From Pyrodictium delaneyi (GTDB lineage: Archaea; Thermoproteota; Thermoprotei_A; Sulfolobales; Pyrodictiaceae), in assembly GCF_001412615.1 (NCBI RefSeq), contig NZ_CP013011.1, positions 1,530,001 to 1,562,000 of the forward strand: a DNA stretch of 32,000 nt. Direction: 5' to 3'. Positions 16,254 to 23,450 of the stretch are shown in pieces; position 1 is the first letter of the stretch, and the number at the start of each line of letters is the position of its first letter. Made by a program: the position numbers and the translations under genes. The notes beneath the pieces were generated by a model, which was not told the origin of the DNA, did no database searches, and worked only from the letters and a program-made list of their open reading frames with translations.

Positions 16254-16943
16254 TTAATCGGTTTCGATCACATTTATTATTGCATCGCCTAGGCTCTTTG
16301 TCGAGAATAGTGTGTATGTTACACGATGTTCACGAGGCCACTTTGCTGCTTTTGACCGAGCTTCCTCCCATAGTCTTAGATGTTTCCGAGGCAGAAATAC
16401 TATTACTTGGTTTACCCCACGCCCAAGAAGTGCTTCCATAGATTCGGCCAACAGCGTTGTTACCACCCTGCTTAGCTCTGTGTTCTCCAATACTATATCT
16501 GGAGGAACCTCATAGCAACAAGCTGGATATTCTTCAGCACGCTCGTAAGGCACTAGTATCAAAAGATCCGAGAAGTACAGCCACTCAATACCTCTAGGTT
16601 TGTCTGCTATGGTATCCCAGAGGCCGAGGCGCCGGAGGAGCCCACGTATCTTCCGTGACGTGGGCGAGCGAGTATACGGTTTTACACTACTACAAGGAGT
16701 TATGAGAGCTATATTATTTTCTGGCTGATATCTCTCCTTTAGCCAACTCCACCACCCCCTTACACTGGGATGATTGAACGCCTTTTCCCCTACTAGGTCA
16801 GGATCTACACCATTATAGTGACGGGGCATAAGACGGCCAGCCTCATCCTTGCGTATACTGAATCTTGTCTTAGGCTTTTGCTGGGACTGTAATAACGCAT
16901 TTTCTAGTAGTTGGTGCCTCGGCACAACAGCCTCAATAGTCAC
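16254..16943 (-). CDS. Stand-alone DUF5591 (archaeosine synthase ArcS C1-domain-like) protein
   Basis: ITPCSSVKPYTRSPTS (nt 16656-16697) matches the ArcS motif PC-x3-KPY-x2-S-x2-H, except that Ser replaces the final His. No TGT-like or PUA domain is in the ORF. The start is GTG 16943. Confidence 0.6.
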   Translation of the reverse strand: MTIEAVVPRHQLLENALLQSQQKPKTRFSIRKDEAGRLMPRHYNGVDPDLVGEKAFNHPSVRGWWSWLKERYQPENNIALITPCSSVKPYTRSPTSRKIRGLLRRLGLWDTIADKPRGIEWLYFSDLLILVPYERAEEYPACCYEVPPDIVLENTELSRVVTTLLAESMEALLGRGVNQVIVFLPRKHLRLWEEARSKAAKWPREHRVTYTLFSTKSLGDAIINVIETD

Positions 16944-17002
16944 TTGGACACACCGACAGGGGTAATACCACTTATAGTCCTGGGTATTTAGACTGCAGGG
17001 CT

Positions 17003-17356
17003 CTAGCCAGAGCCTCCATTACCATAGTATAGCACTGTTACAGGTTCTAGCGTTATGAGGCCCTCCTTCACAGCCTTCCTTACTTCATCCAGTATCGACT
17101 TTATGGCATCTTCCTCATCCACTACCTCTACCACGATAGGCAGGTCTTCAGAGAGCCTTAACACACTAGCCGTATGTATCATGCTATGGCTGCCATAGCC
17201 TGCTATACCACGTATTACAGTAGCTCCCTTTATCCCGCGCTGGCGAAATAATTCCAAGAGGTACATGTAGAGTGGTTTCCCATGATACCGATCCGATTCA
17301 CCAATGTATATTCTAAGGCGTAGCCATTGCTGCACGCCCATACACCAGGTTAGCAA
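17003..17356 (-). CDS. DUF190 (PII-like, CrcB-associated) protein
   Basis: LRIYIGESDRYHGKPLYMYLLELFRQRGIKGATVIRGIAGYG...LPIVVEVVDEE is typical DUF190. The likely start is Met 17341 (MGVQQW). The gene overlaps the 3' end of crcB. Confidence 0.8.
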   Translation of the reverse strand: MLTWCMGVQQWLRLRIYIGESDRYHGKPLYMYLLELFRQRGIKGATVIRGIAGYGSHSMIHTASVLRLSEDLPIVVEVVDEEDAIKSILDEVRKAVKEGLITLEPVTVLYYGNGGSG

Positions 17357-17711
17357 GTATGAAGCCCAGGTATATACCGAGAAGGCCTAACATAATACTC
17401 ACAGCCACGTAGATAAGCATGTAGAGTGGCTGATACTCTCTTAGGAGCCAGAAGCTTTCATACATAAAGGTTGAGAACGTTGTGAATCCACCCGCGAAGC
17501 CGGTGGCTAAGATGAGCCTCTGATCCCGCGAAAATACACCGTACATGCTTGCCGAAGCCATTACAAAACCTAGGAGGACCGAGCCAAACACATTTACGAC
17601 AAGTGTGCCTATGGGGAACACGTAGCCTTTCTGTATAGCTTTGGATAATAGCCATCTTGCAACAGCTCCAGCTGCGCCACCAACTGCCACAAGGACTGCT
17701 TCGCGCAGCAC
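17313..17711 (-). CDS. crcB: Fluoride ion channel CrcB/FluC
   Basis: VAVGGAAGAVARWLL, GTLVVNVFGSVLLGF and GFAGGFTTFSTF are the classic CrcB motifs. The protein is 4 TM and about 130 aa. The start is GTG. Confidence 0.9.
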   Translation of the reverse strand: MLREAVLVAVGGAAGAVARWLLSKAIQKGYVFPIGTLVVNVFGSVLLGFVMASASMYGVFSRDQRLILATGFAGGFTTFSTFMYESFWLLREYQPLYMLIYVAVSIMLGLLGIYLGFILANLVYGRAAMATP

Positions 17712-17885
17712 TGCTGTCAGACCAGGCTATGTCCAGCTGTAGACTACGGCTTTTCTCACCTTCTCCATTAATCGATAATCCTAATTATTAATAATACACA
17801 CCGACTATAGTCGAAACATCCTTCTAAACGAGTAGGACTAGAACTTAAAACCAATAGTGTGTTACAAGTGTGGGCGGGAGCCACT

Positions 17886-18014
17886 ATGTTGCTCCAGCTA
17901 GTACTAATAATAGGCTTCGTGCTCCTCCTGGCAGGCTTAGCCTCCACGATTCGCAGCAATGACGAAGGAGAGGCAAGACGAGCAGCCAGAATCGAGAGTA
18001 GAAGCCAGCAATAA
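17886..18014 (+). CDS. Candidate small membrane protein (42 aa; below the ORF-track threshold)
   Basis: ATG 17886 gives MLLQLVLIIGFVLLLAGLASTIRSNDEGEARRAARIESRSQQ and ends at TAA 18012-18014. That is one clean TM helix plus a charged tail, preceded by GGGAG 5 nt upstream. It lies antisense to the implausible 85-aa track ORF 17768..18025. No homology support. Confidence 0.25.
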   Translation: MLLQLVLIIGFVLLLAGLASTIRSNDEGEARRAARIESRSQQ

Positions 18015-18147
18015 CGGCAATACATGAAGAAAACTGCGGGGATAGTTAACCTGATGTTACTGGAGCTTTCAACCCGAACAGTCTTCTAACAGTCTCCTGT
18101 AACTAGATGATTAGCACCAGGCTAGTAGGATACTATGATAAGCAATG

Positions 18148-18258
18148 AAAGGCGGAGGCGGCGGACGGCTGAGCCACGCCAGGCCCGCTCATCAAAGAGC
18201 CGCCAACACCGCGGCGGCTTCGCGGGCGGGCCACATGGGAGTGCCGCCGTACCCCATA
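18148..18258 (-). ncRNA. Candidate structured small RNA (GC-rich island; class unknown)
   Basis: About 110 nt of very GC-rich sequence sit inside an 815-bp AT-rich spacer. Nested stems, in plus-strand coordinates, are GGCCCGC (18181-18187) with GCGGGCC (18226-18232), enclosing AGCCGCC/GGCGGCT around an 8-nt loop. An outer GGCGGC/GCCGCC pairing is also possible. On the minus strand, TATATTA (18283-18289) lies about 25-30 nt upstream of the GGGG 5' edge and a TTTC tract follows the 3' edge. Strand and class are uncertain. Confidence 0.3.
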
Positions 18259-18526
18259 TTCCATATAGTATCATATAGTATGTAATATACTAGTACAAGA
18301 TTAGTGCGAAGCCAGTATGATATAAAGGTGTATGAGGGGTTGCCTCTAGCTGCCATATTTAAGTTTAAGGATGCTTAAGGAGAATATCGCTGAATTTTGA
18401 ATTTGCAAACATACGATTATCCATCAGATTTATGTCGTGAACTTAGGACAATAGAAGCACAGTATTAAGGAGGACCTCAGCCTAATTTATGCTTAAAAAT
18501 TCTGAACACGAGAGGATTGGGTTGTT

Positions 18527-19129
18527 TTAGTAAGTGCCTATGCTGAATATCGTCTCTTCCCTGCTTAACCCGCTAGCCGCCTCATTCATAGTCATGAAGC
18601 CTATGCTTGCGAACACTGCGCCAGCAGCCGCGAGCAGCTTTGCTATTGCCGGTGTACCTCCTAGCTTGTCTATGAGGCTCTGAGCTGCAGCATTCGCCCA
18701 AGAGACGCCGCCCCAGTCTATCACGCTACCACTCGCCGCTGTGGTTGCATCATGCACGCTTCCAGTGCCTGATACTGCTAGCAGCCAGGATATTGCTAGC
18801 AGCATCGCCGCCGCTTTTAGCGGAGTATTGTTACTCTTTATTCCCAGCATCCACAGCGCCGCTATGGCTAATACATGATAGAGCAGCAGCAATACACCAC
18901 CAGCGCCTACAAGGCCTGAAAGTCCTTCACCGTAGTAACCTGCTAGTATCCCAGCCACACCTAGCAGCCCTACCAGCCCTATCCCGGTAAAGGTGGGTTT
19001 CCGTGTCTCTGTACCGTAGGACAGCCATCCCGCTGCTGTGATTACTGCTGCTCCTGGACCTGCAAATGGTGCAGACAGGTAGCCTAGAGCAAGTAACAGC
19101 CTAGAGTACACAGCTCTCCCCGGAGCCAC
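18527..19129 (-). CDS. Hypothetical Ala/Gly-rich polytopic membrane protein
   Basis: Five to six hydrophobic segments are visible (e.g. GLVGLLGVAGILAGYY, GVLLLLYHVLAIAALWMLG, AAAMLLAISWLLAV, LLAAAGAVFASIGFM). No family recognised. Confidence 0.5.
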   Translation of the reverse strand: MAPGRAVYSRLLLALGYLSAPFAGPGAAVITAAGWLSYGTETRKPTFTGIGLVGLLGVAGILAGYYGEGLSGLVGAGGVLLLLYHVLAIAALWMLGIKSNNTPLKAAAMLLAISWLLAVSGTGSVHDATTAASGSVIDWGGVSWANAAAQSLIDKLGGTPAIAKLLAAAGAVFASIGFMTMNEAASGLSREETIFSIGTY

Positions 19130-19333
19130 TATAGACTGTCATGCCGGGAACTAGCGGCTGCAGGGCTAGTAACACCCATACAAGAAGCTGTCTACATTAA
19201 CCTCCAGGTGCCAACTTGCCGACTACTGAGAATACAGAGCCTAGACGTGTAAAATCTACAACAACGATACAAGGTTGCGTGCAGACAATCGTTCAAAAAG
19301 AATTCTATCTTTTATACTCGGAGTTGCTAGCCT

Positions 19334-20422
19334 CTAACTGTATAGCCAGCATGCGACTCTATGACCGGGTTCAACCTCAACCATTTGAGGTTCCGTGCTA
19401 TCACAGCGTGGTCTTACGGCTTCGTTCTCGTCGTAAGCCACACAGCGTGGCCTGAATCTACAACCCTTGGGTAGGTGTATAGCGCTTGTGATTTCGCCTT
19501 TAATTGGCAAGAGCCGCATCTTAAGCCTGTTAGTGGGATCCGGTTCAGGTATAGCTGCTACTAGAGCCTTTGTGTAGGGGTGCAATGGATTGTCTATCAC
19601 TTGGTCTGCTGAACCCTCCTCTATTATTCTGCCAAGATACATCACTGCTATCCTATCACAGACGTAGCGGGCTAGAGCCAAGTCGTGTGTTATGAATAGC
19701 TGGGCCAGCCTGTACTTCTCTTTCAACATCTGCAATATTTCCAGGACTTCTGCACGTATAGACACATCTAGCATTGATACGGGCTCATCAGCTACCAGGA
19801 AGCGAGGGTTCAGCATCAAAGCTTTGGCTATCGAGACACGCTGTCTCTGACCACCGCTGAGCTGGTGCGGATAACGATCCATGAACTCCTCAGGTGGCGT
19901 GAGCTTTACTATCTCGAGCGCCTTTGCAACCATCTCTAATCGTTCTTCTCTCGTAGAGCCTATGCCATGAACCAGCAAAGGCTCCTCAAGTATATCAGCT
20001 ATCTTCATACGGGGGTTCAAGCTACCGAAGGGGTCTTGGAATACTATCTGTAGTTCACGTCGTAGAGGCTTCATAGCTTTATTAGGAACTTTATATAGAT
20101 CTACTACACCTAGCTCTCGATTTACTGCTTGTGGTGCAAGACGTGCAACTTCTTCTAAGGTCTTAGGGCTTGGGCGGAATAGTACACGTCCCCCCGCGAT
20201 ATTCTCGGGATCTATTAAGCGTAATAGAGCCCTACCAGTAGTGGTCTTGCCACAACCGCTCTCGCCAACGAGACAGTATGTCTCGCCTTCACGTATCTCG
20301 AAGCTTACACCATCTACAGCGTGCACATATAGCTGTGGCCGTCTCATAATAGCCTCTATAAAGCCACGACGTACGGGAAACCATACCTTTAGATCCTCTA
20401 CTTTTATGACGAACCCGGTCAC
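19334..20422 (-). CDS. Oligopeptide/dipeptide-type ABC transporter ATP-binding protein (OppF/DppF-like)
   Basis: VHAVDGVSFEIREGETYCLVGESGCGKTTTGRALLRL contains the Walker A motif. LSGGQRQRVSIAKAL and LVADEPVSMLD are present. The Opp C-terminal region reads HPYTKALVAAIP...GCRFRPRCV. The start lies 6 nt after the stop of the upstream permease gene. Confidence 0.9.
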   Translation of the reverse strand: MTGFVIKVEDLKVWFPVRRGFIEAIMRRPQLYVHAVDGVSFEIREGETYCLVGESGCGKTTTGRALLRLIDPENIAGGRVLFRPSPKTLEEVARLAPQAVNRELGVVDLYKVPNKAMKPLRRELQIVFQDPFGSLNPRMKIADILEEPLLVHGIGSTREERLEMVAKALEIVKLTPPEEFMDRYPHQLSGGQRQRVSIAKALMLNPRFLVADEPVSMLDVSIRAEVLEILQMLKEKYRLAQLFITHDLALARYVCDRIAVMYLGRIIEEGSADQVIDNPLHPYTKALVAAIPEPDPTNRLKMRLLPIKGEITSAIHLPKGCRFRPRCVAYDENEAVRPRCDSTEPQMVEVEPGHRVACWLYS

Positions 20423-20428
20423 TAGAGG

Positions 20429-22003
20429 TCACCTCCTCTTGAGTCTAGGCTCTACCACCGTCTCAAGCGCTAGACCAAGGAACACGAAAGCCAGCGATGT
20501 TATACCTATGAGTATGCCCGGCGGCAATATCCACCACCATACACCATAGCTGCCACCGGCACCAATGTAGTCTCGTGCATCAGCTAGGATACTACCCCAT
20601 GTAGGTAGGCCATGCCGTATGCCTAGAACGCTTAGACCAGCTTCTACTAGTATGGCACCTGGCACCGAGAATACTAGATTAGCCATTGCATAGGGCACTA
20701 TCTGTGGCAGTATATGCTTGAATATTATCCTTCTGTCAGAGGCTCCTATGGCCTTTGCAGCGTCTATATACGGCTCAGATTTAATGCTCAACGTCATAGA
20801 TCTAACTATTATCGCCATACCTCCCCAGCCGAATATGACTAGGAACCCTATAATCACGAAGAGCCGCGTCCATGGACTTACATCTAGTTCCTGCAGCGTC
20901 ACACCAAGGAGCACCAGAACTGGTAGCAACGGTATATTACCTAGAACGTCCACTGTTCTCTGTATTATATCGTCTATTATGCCACCGTAGTATCCACTTA
21001 CTATACCCGCTACTAGACCTATTACGACACTAGAAACTGCCGCGAAGAAGCCTATCAGCAATGCTACTGGGAAGCCATACAACAGTCCGAGATATAGATC
21101 ACGGCCATAACTATCAGTACCCATACGACCGTAAGCAGATCCCTTAACTATTATCTTCAAGTCTCTGACGCCTAACTCTCCATTCTCAACAGCATTCTGT
21201 ATTACAGCAGGATTGACTCCTCTCGCTAGGTAAGTTATTATGACCTCTACTGTATATGTACCCGTTAGCGGATTTACAGTCTCATTACCTTGAGGTTCAC
21301 CAAAGAGCAGAAGCAACGCACGACTCTGTGCAACTTCAAGGGGTATATTGAATAGCTTAGATAGTTGTTGCCCAACCACCGCTGCATCAAGCCTTTCTAC
21401 ACCACGGGCAGCTAGATCACTAAGCTTCAGCGGCTCAGGCTTGTTTACAAGAATCACGTGACCATCTGGTCGATGAACCAGCACATAGACTGTTACGCTA
21501 GGCTCCACCGGCCCTGCTCTGCCGGTTACATTACCAGCCTTGACCTCTACGAAGCGCACCAATACATCCTTAGGGAATGCTGGATCATTTAGTACGTAAT
21601 TCAATTGGTAGCGCTGCACATAACCCATAAGTTTTACTCCGTAGTATTCTACGGGGCGTAGGTATACACTTGATTCTACTGGTTCCTTGAACTCCTTTGC
21701 CATGTGCGGCGCTACTGGCTCACCAAATAACGAAACCCAGGCTGGAGGCACTACAGCAGGATTGTCCTCCCAGTACTTAATGTTAAAGCTCCAAATGTTT
21801 ACAAAGTTGGGAGGCATTGTAACAATAGCGTATATTGACATAACCACTATAAACGTTATTAGTATGAAACCTGCCTTACCCATAGCTTGTTTCCAAACTT
21901 CTCCAAAGATTTCGCGAGCACCACGGAGTCTCTCCGATAGACTGGGTTGACCAGCATTTTTCACTTTCTTAGTCGCCTTCGAATCCACCATGATGTCCAC
22001 CAC
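20429..22003 (-). CDS. Opp/Dpp-type ABC permease (OppC-like) with a large extracytoplasmic insert after TM1
   Basis: TM1 is GFILITFIVVMSIYAIV. About 250 non-hydrophobic aa follow, then a typical OppC core (GTDSYGRDLY..., AAKAIGASDRRIIFKHILPQ as the EAA-loop region) with 5 further TMs. Confidence 0.85.
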   Translation of the reverse strand: MVDIMVDSKATKKVKNAGQPSLSERLRGAREIFGEVWKQAMGKAGFILITFIVVMSIYAIVTMPPNFVNIWSFNIKYWEDNPAVVPPAWVSLFGEPVAPHMAKEFKEPVESSVYLRPVEYYGVKLMGYVQRYQLNYVLNDPAFPKDVLVRFVEVKAGNVTGRAGPVEPSVTVYVLVHRPDGHVILVNKPEPLKLSDLAARGVERLDAAVVGQQLSKLFNIPLEVAQSRALLLLFGEPQGNETVNPLTGTYTVEVIITYLARGVNPAVIQNAVENGELGVRDLKIIVKGSAYGRMGTDSYGRDLYLGLLYGFPVALLIGFFAAVSSVVIGLVAGIVSGYYGGIIDDIIQRTVDVLGNIPLLPVLVLLGVTLQELDVSPWTRLFVIIGFLVIFGWGGMAIIVRSMTLSIKSEPYIDAAKAIGASDRRIIFKHILPQIVPYAMANLVFSVPGAILVEAGLSVLGIRHGLPTWGSILADARDYIGAGGSYGVWWWILPPGILIGITSLAFVFLGLALETVVEPRLKRR

Positions 22004-22079
22004 CCTCGGACCATTACATACTCAGAGTCAATACCCATAATGATATATAGATGAAAACGGACGAGCAATTCCTCTGGGG

Positions 22080-23162
22080 CTATAGCCGCACTCTTGGGTC
22101 GAGCATCACATACAACACTTCCAATATGAACCTTGCAACTATGTAAACTAGAGTCGTTATATATACTAGTCCAATTATCGTCGGCGCATCAGCACTCATT
22201 ATAGCAGCATAGTAAAGTGAACCCATACCGGGCCATTCAAAGATTGACTCTGTTATTATGAAACCGCTTATAGAGCCTGCAAGGCCTAGGATTATTATGG
22301 TGGCGACAGGACCTGCTATGACGCGTAGAATGTAGCGCTTTACTACTAGTTTCTCTGGAATACCCTTAGCCCTAGCAACAGCTACGTAGTCTTCACCAAC
22401 AACGCGAAGAGCTATAGCACGTACACCGTAAAGCCAGCTACCGAGCAAGCCTATAACAACCACCGTTATGGGTAGCCAGGAATAGTATAGGATTCCCTTT
22501 AGTGAGCCTACAGGGTCGTCCCAGAAGTTGTTAATGTAAGCTACTACTGCACGGTAGTCGGTCGGCGCTATGCGGAGATGATAACCAAACACGAATATTG
22601 CTATAAGCGCTAGCCACCAGAGCGGTAACGCGTTCATGAAAGCGGCATAAGTTATTGCAACCTTGTCGAGAAGACTCCCACGCTTATAAGCTATTAGCGG
22701 TGCTATACGAATGGCTATTAGCGCACAGATTATCTCAGCCACCGTTAGCATTATGACCGTTCGTGGCAGTGTGATTAATATTGCATCTCTCACAGTTAGA
22801 GGTGGCTGTTCGCCAACAATGTTTGCCACTTCTTTACTCTTGACGTAGCCTAGATCCAATACAAGTGCACGAAAAGCCATAGGTAGGACTCGTTCATACC
22901 AAGGCTTATTCAATCCATATATCTCTTCGAGTTCTGCACGGCGTTGCTCCACGAGCTTCTGGAGGTCTTCCTGAGGTATGTTCTGGCGTTGAAGCTCTTG
23001 ACGGTACGCTTGTAGCTCGCTTATCACCATTGCACGGAGTATTTTCTCGTCATACCCCGTCGCACCAAGGATGATGGCAGTAAGGAGCATAATTACGACA
23101 AGAGAGAATGCCAGAAATATTCCACGTTTTACTAGCACCGATGCTACACGCGCCGACGTCAA
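22080..23162 (-). CDS. Opp/Dpp-type ABC permease (OppB-like)
   Basis: The protein is polytopic. VAVARAKGIPEKLVVKRYILR is the EAA-loop motif of binding-protein-dependent permeases, and the C-terminus DPRVR is typical of OppB. The start is an uncertain TTG at 23162. Confidence 0.85.
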   Translation of the reverse strand: MTSARVASVLVKRGIFLAFSLVVIMLLTAIILGATGYDEKILRAMVISELQAYRQELQRQNIPQEDLQKLVEQRRAELEEIYGLNKPWYERVLPMAFRALVLDLGYVKSKEVANIVGEQPPLTVRDAILITLPRTVIMLTVAEIICALIAIRIAPLIAYKRGSLLDKVAITYAAFMNALPLWWLALIAIFVFGYHLRIAPTDYRAVVAYINNFWDDPVGSLKGILYYSWLPITVVVIGLLGSWLYGVRAIALRVVGEDYVAVARAKGIPEKLVVKRYILRVIAGPVATIIILGLAGSISGFIITESIFEWPGMGSLYYAAIMSADAPTIIGLVYITTLVYIVARFILEVLYVMLDPRVRL

Positions 23163-23423
23163 GGCCGGCTACCCGGAGCGGAGAGGAGTGAAGCTATGGT
23201 TGAAAACACTATCTCCCCAACCCGAGAATCTCAGCAAATTTAGTTTAGACGAATAGATATCACCGCATACAACATTGCCATGTAATTACACTAATTTCTT
23301 GCTGAGCTTCATCCTGGATAACTTCTTGATACAGGTATGCGTAAGGACGATGATACAGTCTCAAAGCTGTAAATATGATTAGCTTGGATTAGAATTAGAA
23401 TTGAAGGGAGATAGTGTATATGG

Positions 23424-23428
23424 AAAAA
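23424..23428 (-). terminator. T5 tract about 25 nt downstream of the binding-protein stop (possible partial intra-operon terminator)
   Basis: The minus strand reads actcTTTTTcc, inside the 288-nt gap between the binding-protein and OppB-like genes. Confidence 0.3.
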
Positions 23429-23450
23429 GAGTATGCATTAGGAGAAAGCT

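Noticed and set aside
17768-18025. The 85-aa minus-strand track ORF in the crcB upstream spacer.
   Set aside because: Its composition is odd (Cys/Ser/Leu-rich with no domain). It lies antisense to a cleaner 42-aa TM ORF and sits where the crcB promoter region should be.
17712-18258. A fluoride (crcB-motif) riboswitch upstream of crcB; the GC island contains GAUGAGCGGGCC on the crcB strand.
   Set aside because: The flanking P1 pairing, the AAAC linker and the 3' CUGAUG...CCUAC pseudoknot segment of the riboswitch, as I remember them from the Thermotoga structure, are absent. The island also lies about 430 nt from the crcB start.
18145-18285. A 46-codon plus-strand ORF through the GC island (MKGGGGGRLSHARPAHQRAANTAAASRAGHMGVPPYPIFHIVSYSM).
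   Set aside because: The product is low-complexity Gly/Ala/Arg sequence produced by GGC/GCC repeats. It has no plausible fold or signal. RNA structure explains the region better.
23382-23396. The short tandem repeat ttagaattagaatt in the spacer between the binding-protein and permease genes, considered as a possible repeat element.
   Set aside because: There are only about two units of 7 nt in AT-rich DNA, which is too short to call a repeat family. It is mentioned only within the operon finding.
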